64,000 nt of DNA from Marsupella aquatica (lineage: Eukaryota; Plantae; Marchantiophyta), in NCBI GenBank assembly GCA_973895155.1, contig OZ316895.1:9722184-9786183 (forward strand), written 5' to 3'. The notes under the pieces are model-generated. The model was not told where the DNA came from and searched no databases. It worked only from the letters and a program-made list of their open reading frames with translations. The first letter of the stretch is position 1, and the number at the start of each line of letters is the position of its first letter. The position numbers and the translations under genes are program-made. Positions 27,214-39,603 of the stretch are shown here, piece after piece.

Positions 27214-30200
27214 ATGGCGGCAGCCACTTTGGGAACCATGGCAGTGGTGGCTGCTCCGGCCAGAAGCTGGACTATCCGTCCCGGGCTGGGAGGCGATGCC
27301 CACGCACTCAGGGGAGACGTTGTGAGGTTAAGTCTCGCACCTAGGAGAGTCCCCTTTCCACGGTGCCAAGCTGTTGAGAACACCCCTTCCGGAGTGTCCA
27401 AAACCGTCCAGAAGGAGACCCTCAACGGGAGATCGGTATGTAAAAGAGACCAATGCCGTAAATTATTCAGTCAGCGCTCCTCCTCCAAATTTTGACCATG
27501 ATTGCTCCTTTTCAATTTCGCCACCTATGCATGCATTACAACAACATGCACTCTCTCAATGGTGTACGTAGAACAACACCTAATGGACAGAGCTCCAGAG
27601 CAATATGAACAATCGCAACAATCTCGTTAGGTACTGCAGGGGGTGTAGACCCTTCAGGATTGGCACGTTTGTGGAATGCTTAGGCAGAGCAAGATAATAT
27701 GATACATGGTCATTCCTGAACGGAATTTCATGTGTTCATTATGCAGGAACAGCCCTCTGAGAGAGACCAGCAGGATGCTTTAGCGACCTCGACCCCGGCC
27801 GTCCGTGACACCTTTGAGCGTCCTCTTCCAACCGATCTGCAATTCGAAAAGCCATGTAAGTGAACCAGTTCCTCTTGTAAGACGGTAGTTTACAAATTTG
27901 AACGGTAAGGTGACTCGCTAGGGTCTTAAGGAGTCACATACGGTACCTCAGCCCTCGGGATAGTCGCAGTGGGATTAGCCTGAGGCAGGGAGAAATTAGG
28001 ATTGCCCGTCGACCGACGCGAACTTTGACGGCGATTTTGTAGAGACGGATCCTGAAGTTCATATTTTAAAGCTTTTCATCACGTCTACAGTACTTTCATA
28101 AAACTTCGTAGCTTCTAAATAGTCATCATTCAAGCGATTTCTTATGTTTAATCTCCGTCACCCTTGCCAGTCGCTTGCAAACCCTGAATTTAATAGAGAA
28201 GTGGGTCAGCGTGCGTAGCATATGCCTCTATGTGTGCTATCACTATTTATTTTCTTTCTCTCGAAGCAAAAAATGTAAGTGCTTTGGACTGAACGTGCAT
28301 GCAAGATTTTAGAGTCTCCTATCTCTCGTAATTTTTGCATAGAGATAATTGTTTGTCATTGACTCCAGAGGTTTCTCAATTCTAGAGATACTCATAGCAG
28401 CATCAGATTTTTTTCACTAAGTCATACTGAGTGAAACCACTACATTCCTCTGCCTCCTAGCTTGAGTCGGCCTAGTCGGCCTCGTGACCTCTCTTACTTT
28501 AGCGACTTAGTCATGCCGAGGTAAAAGACGGTAGGACAAGTGCACGAGCTGGCTGATTAGTGGCCATTTTCAGATTTGGCCCGGGCGTTGAAGGCTGTTG
28601 ACAGTGAGCATCCTTACGGAACGGAAGGCTATCCAGAAGACAGGAATCTCACAGTTTTGCAGCAACATGTGGATTTCTTCGATTTGAATAAGGACGGCAA
28701 AATTTATCCTTGGGAGACATATGCTGGTTTGTTCTCTTAGATCACTGCCCAACTTTTTCTTTATCAGAAGTTTGGTATTTCCCTTGGTCGCTTCGAGGGT
28801 GGACTCCTAGTTCTTATAGACTGTGTTACACTGTAGTAGATTGACTGACCGGAAATACTTTTGTTAGAAGAAATTTTTGCAGTGGGGTCGAATGGTACGC
28901 GCCTGATTTTCCTGTTTTCTGGATATGTAGAGCAAATGCAAAGATCCGAATTTTTTTCAGAACACTGACACTCAAATGAAATTGATCTAACCCTTGCAAA
29001 TTGTAGGATTCCGTCGCATTGGATTCAATCCCTTAATTTCTGGAGCCGCCGGATTCCTCATCAATGGCGCCTTCAGCTACCCGTCCACTCCGGTATTGTC
29101 TAAGAGTTTGACCTCGCAAGTGATTGCATACCGCAGGAGAACTTTGTTTTAGCATATGCTTTGACGAAAGGGTCAATCTACCTCCTTGATTGCCTGAAAT
29201 AGTAGAGATAGAATGTAAAAGACAGAACTACCTTGCAGTCGGCTGTTATCTATAACTGACAGCAATTCCTTCTTCTTGAAATTTTGGAGTGAAACGAAAA
29301 GGAACGGCCGCCAAATGCTTGCCTTACTGATTTCCCATTTTGGAAATTGAGAAAATATGAGGATGACTTCCTCTATGAAGTTGCAATTTAGAGCTTGAGA
29401 GAACATGAGACTGATGTTCAACGGCGATTGATACGTGGATTGCAGGGCTGGCTCCCTGACCCGCTCTTTGCAATCTACACGAAGAACATCCACAAAACAA
29501 AGCATGGAAGTGACACGGAGGTATACGATACCGAGGGCAGGTACAGCACGATGCAGACGATGTGAATGATATTTGTGGGTCAGCTTGTCCAATGGGATTC
29601 AAGGATGATGCATCTCGAATCGGTTGTGACAAGCGAATTGTAGATATATTCAGCTCTTAAACGAATGAATTTCTAGGCTGAAGAAGTAAATTTTCTCGTC
29701 TTGTTGCTCAGATTCTTATCTCATTCTGATCGATATTTTCTGATGCGTCCACTTTGTGCAGGTTTGTTCCTTCCAAATTCGAGGAAATCTTCTCCAAGTA
29801 TGCCAAAACTTATCCCGATCGTATCAGCCTCGACGAATTGAACGTCATGACTGACGCCCAGCGCAATGTGTTCGACTCATTTGGACGGTATGTACAGCAT
29901 ACCATCGAGTCTCTCCTCTCTAAAGCTGTTTCACCTATTCACAATCTAAAATGTTGCAGTATCTCGATATGCAACACACATACATATCCCCAAGGATTGT
30001 CGTTGCCCAGATTCTCCATGCCCTGTTTATTATATCTAGATGACATGTAGGGAAGTGACAGATTTAGGGAGATACCATCATGTAGAGAAGTGAAAAAATT
30101 GAGGGCAGTTCGAGTGATGTGACTCTCGGTACAGGGATTGGGGCTAGTCTCATACAGTCAAGGAAATAGAAAAGAAAAACACAGAATGTGTTACCATTTG

Positions 30201-30526
30201 AAAACTTCTTTCTCCCTCTGACCTCACTTTCCTAGATTCTTTTGGTTACCCTGCTGCCTCTTTCTTCATGTGGTCTTGTCAGTACCAAATAACCTGAAGT
30301 AGATTATTGAATGGAATTGTGTTGGAAGTACTGTGGTGGTGTGGAAACTGATAGTTACATTTGATGACACGGGCTGCTCATGTGATTTTGCAGCCTTGCG
30401 AGCAAATTGGAGTGGTATATAACGTACTTGCTGGTGAAAGACGAGGAAGGATTTTGTTCCAAAGATGCCATTCGTGGAGTGTACGATGGTAGCATATTTG
30501 TGTACATGGAAAAAAAGAATGCCTAG
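27214..30526 (+). CDS. Caleosin/peroxygenase, 7 exons: 27214-27435, 27747-27855, 28574-28726, 29007-29092, 29446-29540, 29762-29887, 30394-30526; 307 aa
   Basis: GT-AG splicing gives a 924-nt frame. It contains [23 protein letters not shown] (heme His plus EF-hand), a hydrophobic stretch with the proline knot [40 protein letters not shown] and [10 protein letters not shown]. Confidence 0.94.
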
Positions 30527-31976
30527 AAAGCCAAAACAAAGTTGAAAACGGAGCTCAGGATAGTGTTACAGGTCAAACATGAAATAATAATCTATTTGCA
30601 ACCATGGATTTGTCTTGGGGTACTCGAGAATGTCTCCTGATTCTACGTGCTCACAACGTGGGACACCACCTACAACAGAGTTCTTTACATGATGGCTGGG
30701 TATTCATGGATCTTCCCTACCATGCAAGTTAATCTCTCTAGCTGGTGGTTTCACTTTGATTTTTCCTCGGATTGTATCTATCTCGAGTTCTTGGACTCTA
30801 TGCTTGGAATAGCACAAGCTTGAAATTGGATTTCCAAACAGAAACCAGGACTCCGAGCTGAGAATTTCCTTGGCCAGTGACCAATGTTACATGAACGTAC
30901 CATTCTAACCTTGGAGTCATCATGATTGTAATGAGAACCGAGAAGGAAAAATTGTGAGTGGCCCATAACTGCTGACAATGCTATGACCTACAGATTAGCC
31001 CCATGCCCCTGCACTTCTCATACAAGTTGAAGGCAACAATGGTTTTCTCTTGAAAAATCAAGCTGATTCCATTAAGCCACAGAAATAACAGGGCAGAGGA
31101 GCGCAGCTCAGTGATGGTAACAACTTGCTATCACGAGCACCTGTCGTAAAATCTATCTTTCGTGGGGAATGATTGAAGCTTCATGCATGTTTTTGAGGAA
31201 ATAGATTTGATAGAAAAATAGATCTATGAGCAGACCAGCGACTACCCTATACGTTGCCTTCACTACATATATGACGCTGCCAACGAACAATAAAAGCCTA
31301 AACGGAAAAGGGCCGAACCAGGACACAGTATATATCCCATTAAAGCGGAGCACAGCAGGGAAAACAGCAAAGACCAAAGAGCAAAAAATCCTGAGAGCAC
31401 CCTCAAGGCAACAAACTGAAAGGTCTGGTAAAGCTCCAGAATAAATACATAGGAATTTTCCTAGTCCATTCCCAGGATATTCTTACTGCCAACTGAATCT
31501 TTCAAAAACTTTCCCCAAGTTTCACTATCATTATTCATGTCAGCTTGATCATTGGAGTCTTTGCACTCCATAGTTTCCTTGAGGGTTTAGTGATGTTTTC
31601 TGGGTTTCTCACTCCTGTACCTCAAAGTTTCTCTCATGGTAAAAGAGGTCACCCTCCACCATGGCTATGAGAGAACTAGGCTAGATGGGCGCCCCATCCA
31701 TACCCCACACATGTCCTCCTGATTCCTTTCCGCAGCACAGAACCACGGAAGGTCCATCATCATCAATGGCCAACCTCGTTCCACGGCAGGCACAATTCAG
31801 AAGTGGGAACCATTCAATCAGGATGGCTTGCATTTGCCTTCACTTTATGGAGCCCATGACTGCTCGTTGGAGGGGAAATTTGGCAATCCTGGCTCTCAAC
31901 CTCAGTGATAGCAAGGCACGGTTGGCTTCAATCATGTAGATGACAAGCTCACAATCCTGTTTTTGCTCTAGACCTC

Positions 31977-32443
31977 TGTCGTGCGCATACACATCGCTAC
32001 ACAACATACATCGCTTGTCACATACATCCAGACATAGTCACACTGCCACATCACAAACACAAGAGAATGGAATACAAGTGGAACTCATGTCCACACATGT
32101 CCAAAACCCACAATAATCTCAATACAATCGACACAACGATCCCGGTCAACAATACCCCATCGATCCCGCACCGATCCGATCACACACGTATGTCAAGCCA
32201 ACGCACCTTGCACTACTCAAGGAATCCACATTACACAAGCGGAGCTCACAGCCACCATAGCCACACTCAAGCTCCTCTCTCTCCAAGGCTCAACATTGAA
32301 AGATGACCTTTCAATGCCTCACAAGAGAGAAGTACCCTCTCACACAAACCTGACGAAACCTTATCTGCTCATATAACACACATACCAAACATACGGATCT
32401 AGATAGTACAATATACTCTAACACTACCTAGAATGGTGTGACA
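31977..32443. mobile_element. Solo LTR
   Basis: TGTC...GACA termini with a 4-bp direct repeat CCTC on both sides (31973-31976, 32444-32447); CA-rich LTR-like composition. Confidence 0.65.
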
Positions 32444-32940
32444 CCTCCCTTCCCCATACCATTTCCATAGGTGGCTGGGAATCCACACTTGGGGGCAACT
32501 TTGGCCGACTCGGTTCAGTATGGCGTCTCAAAGAAGGGCTTTAAAGAAAAGTTCAGGACACCAGTTGTGCCCATGAAACACCTTATAACCAGACTTTACA
32601 CGCCATTGGTTGTAAGAAGATATGCATTGACCCCCCATTGACTAGTGCCATAAGGGATGAGTTATGGGCACTCCCACTCAAAGTAAGTGTTTTGGTCCAT
32701 CCCTGTCAGACAAGCCCAAGCCTGTTACCTTGACAAGCGGTCATGATAGTATTCTAATAATACACAATGATTGGCATGTCATTTCTGTCCCTGGACGACG
32801 CAATGTTGTGATGACTCTATGTTGTGATTATGCATATTCAAAGTCTTTTGGGAACGTTGGTTAGACAAAAAAATTACATAGTGTTCATGCTCCGTGTTAG
32901 GGCTCAGAGTTCAAGTTATGGGTTTTGGTCAGCGATCGCG

Positions 32941-32995
32941 CACTTTCTCACAGAAGCCGATGGAAACTTGACCCATCGGCTTCTATGAGAAAGTG
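32941..32995. repeat. Near-perfect hairpin (23-bp arms, 9-nt loop)
   Basis: CACTTTCTCACAGAAGCCGATGG-AAACTTGAC-CCATCGGCTTCTATGAGAAAGTG; one mismatch. Confidence 0.9.
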
Positions 32996-34589
32996 TCGCG
33001 AAGCCAAATGAAAACGACAATAATTTCCCAACAGGAAGACAGTCCATTGGAGGACTTATTGGGTGAGTTGGAAAGTTCTCAAGGAGGACTACACCCTCCT
33101 GAGCTCAGCTGGGTCTGGGAGTGCCATGGGTTCTCCGGGTTTACGGGAGCTATCTCGCCCACTCCCACGCCCATTTGCCAAATCCTGCTGAAACAACAAC
33201 CAAGTCGCGTTCAGTCTTCCAAGGGAGCTTGCGTTGGGGAGGCAAGGCCAAGTAGGCATGGAGGTTGAGTTCCAAGGGCACTTGGCCCCAGGACATTAGT
33301 GGGGTGAGAACCGGCCCGAGAACTGGGAGTCGGCCGCTAGAATTGGGGCCATTATGGTCCCCTCATGTTGGGACAAGCTATGCTATTTGGGCCATGAGCA
33401 TGTCCTGGGGACAGGGCGGTCAATTGATGATGGATAGGTACAAGGGGGAACCCGGGCTGCACCCGAAGAGGGGTTGTTTTGGACAAATAATGGGTGTCGG
33501 CTTTGGTTCCAGCTTATGGCAACGGGAGGACCTATCACTGACCTACTCACCAATGTCTATTGAGTTTGAGTTAGGATGCTAGACTTGGGGAGATGTAGAT
33601 CCTGTCGGGTTACTTACCAAGGTACTTGGTTGCTTGTGCAAACAACAAAGATCGTTGAGTGGTGGTCGTGTTAGGGAGCAAGTGCGGCTTTGTATGGGAG
33701 TGACCGCAAATGGTGCAAGGGGCATCTAGTTGCTTGCTCAAGGAGTTCCGTGGAGACGTTCGGGCACTAGGGGCACTTAGGCGTGGGTGTGGGATTGGTG
33801 AGGGCGCTGGGTGGCTAGGTCCATCATTGATGGGCTGTTTTATAAAGTTTTAACGTCCGGATAGGGGCTCTTTGCTTTCAGAACCTCCTCTCCTTTAAGT
33901 CCTTTGTATTCGTATACTTTGTGTGTGTTCGTAGGGCTTCATGGGTGTGATCTAGGTGTGTCTTGCATGTGAGGTCCTGAAATAATCTGCAATGTTTGTG
34001 ATGAACCATGGGACTTACATAGACTTTCCTGCCTTGCCCTCACCCCGGTTTGGAATTGTCCGACAAATGAGGGGTCTGGACCCCAATGTCCCACATGTGT
34101 CACACCTGGTCTCCCAGCCCCGGCCCTGACCCTGTCCCAGCCCGACCCCCACCTGTCCCAACCCCTGCCTCGACCTGTCCCGGGTGGCTGGGGAATATAA
34201 GCGAATATCTGACATTTGACCCCTTTTGGAGCCGACAAATGACAAGTTGTTGTGTCCAACAACATGACAACTTGTCTGTCAGTTCACCCAACTCTAGGTT
34301 CTTGTTGTGATTTATTAGTAAGATTTGCTTACACTGCCTTTGTGCTTCAGCTAACCCTACCAAAGAATTCAAACCGTCGTTCAAGTCAAGGCATGCTTGA
34401 GTAGGGTTGGGCAGAAACCATCACCAGATCAATTGCAAAAAAGTAAATTGTTCTTTTACAGCCCATTTGTTAAAAATGCCTCAAAGAGTGTAATTTGTTG
34501 GGGAAAATGTTTATACTCTATTATAAGGTCCATAAAGCTTTGCATACATGCCCTCAAGGTCATAACGAAGACACCTCCAACTACTATAT

Positions 34590-34615
34590 AACCCCAATTT
34601 AAGGAAAACCGAACT
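34590..34615 (+). repeat. Left terminal inverted repeat
   Basis: AACCCCAATTTAAGGAAAACCGAACT; 23/26 identity to the reverse complement of 57691-57716. Looser similarity (AATTCCAA..CTAAATATTAT) continues for about 40 bp inward. Confidence 0.9.
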
Positions 34616-34957
34616 TTGGAAATTCCAAAAATACCTAAATATTATTATTTTAATATGACAGCAATTGCCTGTCAACGCTTCCGATTACCACGCTTAAAAA
34701 ATGACAAGAAAAGGGGGCGACATGACGCGTCGCTGCGCGTGATACCCTGAAAATGACTGCAACATCACATTTTAACAACACTAAGATTTGACGCAATCCA
34801 ACTTGACGGGACCAACAGACAACGAATAATAAAAATAGAGAAATAAATCTTTGAGATCCTTTATATATGATAACCCGTTTAGGGAGATTACAAATAGTTT
34901 CTAGCACGACAATACCAATGGGGAGTTTCTCTTGCCGAATATTATTTCGGAAGCGTC

Positions 34958-35651
34958 CTAAACTGGGCGTCTGTTAAACTGCTCTACTAGATATCTATCT
35001 CCATGCCTCTGAATCAAAGGGTCTTCCCATATAGTATGATTATAATCATAATCTCTAAAAAGAGATTTAACTGACCAATCAGGATAACCTATTCCATTGG
35101 CAACGAGAAGCGGCTCAGAAGATTTTGCGAGCTTGCTAAGATACGGAATCAACACGTTAATCAGGAAACAGTCGTCGATCGACCCAAAATATTTGGGCGG
35201 AAATAATGATCCAAAAACAGGATCTAAACAAGCACGAAATGCATCGGATTCGATAAGCATTATATTTTTCTGCAGATACATCTCCGTATAACTTTCAACT
35301 TTATCAAAACACTTCAAAAATATCCGCTTATTTGAGGTCGCCCCATCGCATAAGTAACAATGAGACTCATCCCAAATATACTTAAATGAGGCCATTTCCA
35401 TCGCAGTAAAAATAGACGCTAAAATCTGATCTAAAAGGTTCTTCTTAACTAAGAGATGACCAGATCCCTACGTCGAAATTCTCAAAACAGAATCTCACAA
35501 ATTTGTGAAGCTAAGGCCTTGGAAAAACGTATACATTCCCAATACGAATTCCAGTTGAGACCACCATCAGTCGGGAATGCGGTGCAGTGTAACAGAGTAG
35601 ATGCTCCACATCTAAAACTATGAGCTGAGTTTCTCTGCTACAATGTATCTC
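34958..35651 (-). pseudogene. FCP1/SCP(NIF)-like HAD domain, copy 3 (one stop and one frameshift)
   Basis: After the acceptor at 35652 it reads QLIVLDVEHLL..VFPRP*LHKFVRFCFENFDVGIWSS, then FKYIWDESHC..IFLKCFDKV..NIMLIESD; collinear with copies 1 and 2. Confidence 0.75.
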
Positions 35652-35744
35652 CTGTAGAGAAACACAATACAAGATAAATGAGCCTGTGTGGATGTTGCCA
35701 CGTGAATAGTCGCGTCACGGATTTACAGACAAATAACATATCCT

Positions 35745-36452
35745 CTACACTCTGGCCTTTGATAAGTGACGTCTGTTGAAGTACTTCATAAGAACTTGAT
35801 CAGCATGTCTCTGCACGTACAGATGCTCCCATATATCTTCGTTCAAAGTCCAATCTAGATGTAGATTTCTAATCGACCAGATGGGATAATCCAACTTGTT
35901 AGCAAACGCAAGACAAAGCCCGGAATCTGATAGCTTCAGTAAATGTGGAATGAGAGTATCCCTAAAAAAGACATCATCCAAGGATCCTTGAAACGTCTTT
36001 GTAAACAACAATCCACATACACCTGTCTGGCATGTATGGGATGGACAGGCATCAATCTGGATTATATTCTCTAATCGATAATCTTGAAACATATCACGTA
36101 GTCTGTCCATAGATTTGAAGACAACTCTCTTATAACATTTCTTCACATAACCAAGATGCCAGCAATGATCTTGGGTGAAAACATATCTCAGTTGCGACAG
36201 GTCCGTGATCGACAACATTTCTGAAAGTATCTGATAAACCAGTTTATCCTCGAGGGTAGACCAAACCATCACATCAAAATTATCATAACAGAATTTTAGA
36301 AAATCATGAAGATATGGCCTCGGAACGACACATAGAGATCCGATAAGAATTGCCGTAGTCCACTTGAGCTCAGGAGTATATTTCTTAATATAGCATAGAA
36401 AGTTTTCCACTCCTAAAACTAGAAGTTGACGCGATTTGCTCCACTTAGTCTC
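35745..36452 (-). CDS. FCP1/SCP(NIF)-like HAD domain, copy 2 (open exon; catalytic Asp missing)
   Basis: After the acceptor at 36453 it reads QLLVLGVENFL..VVPRPYLHDFLKFCYDNFDVMVWST..VFTQDHC..VFKSMDRL..ENIIQID. Confidence 0.78.
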   Translation of the reverse strand, partial: ETKWSKSRQLLVLGVENFLCYIKKYTPELKWTTAILIGSLCVVPRPYLHDFLKFCYDNFDVMVWSTLEDKLVYQILSEMLSITDLSQLRYVFTQDHCWHLGYVKKCYKRVVFKSMDRLRDMFQDYRLENIIQIDACPSHTCQTGVCGLLFTKTFQGSLDDVFFRDTLIPHLLKLSDSGLCLAFANKLDYPIWSIRNLHLDWTLNEDIWEHLYVQRHADQVLMKYFNRRHLSKARV

Positions 36453-36722
36453 CTGTAAATCAACAATTCGATTCTCATATTAACCCCTAAACATAACACA
36501 CAAATTTTAAAAATATAAGTAAACGACGAATGTTTACCCGCGCACGGTCGCGTGACTAATGTATCCATAGTTCAATTCTCATATTATGCAATCAATTCAA
36601 CCACGCCACCCGACACGATACTCACATAACAATATAAATAAATCCACACAGCGACGCGACCGGGCGCGTCACTCACAACACAAAGTCAAAAGTATAAATA
36701 AGAATTATAAATAAATAAATGT

Positions 36723-39517
36723 TTACTTTTCTTTGGCTTCCATTTCACGGTCTTTCCTATCTGATAATATTCTCATGAAATCGTCAAACTCTCGTAAATG
36801 GTCAGGATTACCCTAAGTACGAATGGTCACATTTTTCCTCCAAAGATTCGCCTTATCAATATAATCCTTCTGAAGATTGTCTCGAGAAAACTCTGGAATA
36901 CCATATCCCCGAAGTCGCTCATGGAATTTCAACTTCGGATTGAACATATCGCACAGATACGGATATAGTTTTTTTTGAAAATGTGTGTCATCTTCCAGCC
37001 CAAAATACACGTCGGGATACACAGACGAGTAGAAGCTATTTAAGCTCGTCTTATAAGCAGCATCATCCATAATAATCACATTCTCCTTGTCGTAATTGTA
37101 AGTAGTGGGTAATTCCAAAAGCATGAAGAAACTAAAATTTTTAATTTTTTTTACGGTGTTTAGACTGCAATTATTGCTAACTGTAACTGAAACAACATTC
37201 AAAGTTACTAAGTTCCTAAGTTACGAGTAAACTCAGTTTACGAGTTTACTAGTTCACTGCTTTACGAGTTTACGAGTTACGCCTTAAGAGTTGGCGACCC
37301 TGTGATCGTGACATCTTACGACTAGTTCAACGTGACTCCACAATGGATGAAGAGCTCACCTTGAAAGGGAAGGAATGCAAAGACATAGGCGCTCATTACT
37401 GACTTCTCTTCCACCTTACCTCTCAAACTCTGGCCAACTTCAACCGGTACTTCAGAGATGTCAGATGGAGACTTCGACCTTTCTATTCCAGGATGATGAA
37501 TAGTGATAAGTTCCTGTATCATTATCCCCAAGTGTATGCTGCTACCTGTAACAACTATGATGTGATCGGGATGTACAGAGAAGCTCTTCGTATAGATTCA
37601 TGTTATTTGATGAAGAGAATGCCTTTGATGTATCCTGAGAGACAACTGAGGTGCCTACCTTACTCTAGAGGATTCCCACGCCAGGCTGAACTAATGGAAG
37701 TTACCCAGAATTGAACTGTCACGGCAGTGGAGCTACTCGAACCAGAAGACATCCGACAACAAGCTTGAGTAGTCTACGTCTTTTTAGTTAGTTTTAAGAG
37801 TAGTGCATCTTTCCCTATTTTTCAAAATGTGTTATAGAGCTGTAAAAGCTATGAGACTTCTTCAATAGGTAGTCTGTACCTAGGAAAACCTGCTGGCAAA
37901 ATTTCAGAGTTTTCCAGACCAAGAGTAGAAAGTTAAAAATAGTTGAATTTGCTCAGTTTTTAAGTGTACCGGAATACGCTTTTACGCTATACGTTTTTAC
38001 GTTTTTACGCTTTTAAGGGTTTACGGGTTCATACTTAGCCACTTTTCTAGCTTTTCACTTACTGAATTGCTATTTTGACTTTTTGAGGAGTATGAAGAGG
38101 CATGTCTCTTCGACCCTATGACCTCTCACTCTGTAGATTTTTACTATAAGACCTCTCCACCACTAGTGTAGTTTATGGTTAAGTTATACATTTTTGCCTC
38201 TTCTTTGTGTTAAACTAGTTGATCATGAATCTATGAGTTCGAGATCAGGTTTAACATTTGGAGAGACTTACCTCCTTCTTGTGTTTTTATCTATGATTAT
38301 AAACACAGGAAGTAAAATTCCTTTTGTGCAAATCTTTTGAGTTGTAATGACAGATTCCTTGTTGGTGACTCATTGCAATCTCTTGATTTCTTAAAGTTAA
38401 CTCATTGAGTTTAAGCCTTATTGAAATTGATGGATTTTCTTTCATGTTGCTTAGTACCATCTAAATGTTGAAGTAGTCACTCTTTTAGATCTTGTCTGAG
38501 TACCACTTAGAAAGAAAAGACAAGATGTGTTGACGGCATTTTAAAAGGTACTCTAGTAAGCATTTTAGAACTGAAAAGCAATATGGATTTGAATCCTTAA
38601 GTCTTTTCATTTTGACTTATGTCTAAGGAGCAACCTTGGTCAATTCCAGACTCCCTAAGTAGCATACTTTAAGATATTTTCTCTTGTGTTTTGTTAATCA
38701 TTCCTTTTTCATTAATTTATGTTTACATGATGCTGAGATATCATTGAAAACTACTCACCGCTGTGGAGCGATCTTCAAAATACCTTATTAAAGTAATCAA
38801 ACTTGATTACTATGTGTGGAAAACATTTTTAGTTCTTTATTATTGTTTAAATCTAGTAAACCAACCCCATCTTGTTCTTTACGGGAACGAATACCGAGTT
38901 TGAAGACCTATAAATGTGTTTTTGGTTCTTCATAGCAAACTACAATAATCCTTAATATCGGTGGCAATGTCGGAGAGACATTTGACAAATAGGGGAATGT
39001 CATTATTACTCTTACCAATAGGTCGTGTTGATTCTTGTCCCCAGATAAATTTAATATGGCTCAAAACCTCGGGTCGGAGAATCAGCCTTACACATGATAG
39101 AATATTTTGTTTCAACATACACGACCAAATGACAATGTCGTAAAGTTCTGACACCTTCACAAGAAATGTCATTAAGTCAGGCCTTGGATAGAAAACCTTG
39201 TGCATGTGTTTGACACCCCTTGACCGAATAGGCATCCCAGGGCTGCTTTGCTCTGACCAGATAAGTACCCGATTCAGGTCAAAAATTACAAGTCTCTTCA
39301 TTCGAATTACCGGACCTTTCTGTACCGGTGGCCTCTGCGCCGATGGATTAGGCGTCGTCTGTACCTGTGATTTCTGTGCCGAAGGATTTGGAGCCCGTAC
39401 TACCAAGGTCTTTCCCGCCTCCGGGAAATCAGCGGACTTCAGGATTGGTGCCTTCTTTACTGGTGCCTTCTTTATTGGTGCCTTCTTTACTTGATCAGGG
39501 GGTTTCGGGCTAGGTTC
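36723..39517 (-). pseudogene. FCP1/SCP(NIF)-like HAD domain, copy 1, split by a solo LTR; spliced to the Ulp1 exon
   Basis: KRLVIFDLNRVL..YPRPDLMTFL..YDIVIWS..IWGQES..LFVKCL..DIKDY joins in frame to DKENVIIMDDAAYK once the LTR and one TSD copy are removed. In-frame TAG at 36813-36815; the next stop is TAA at 36723-36725. Confidence 0.82.
37097..38944. mobile_element. Nested solo LTR (1848 bp)
   Basis: TGTA...TACA termini with flanks GTAAT/ATAAT (5-bp TSD, one mismatch). Removing it restores the HAD reading frame. Confidence 0.88.
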
Positions 39518-39603
39518 CTGTAAAACATTATAAAATGAAAAATAAGTTTTATAACGCGAACGGTCGCGTGACTATAAAGACAGACTGAAATGAAGTATAA
39601 TAC

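Noticed and set aside
37322-37714. Short ORFs inside the nested solo LTR
   Set aside because: No gag/pol motifs; chance ORFs in LTR sequence.
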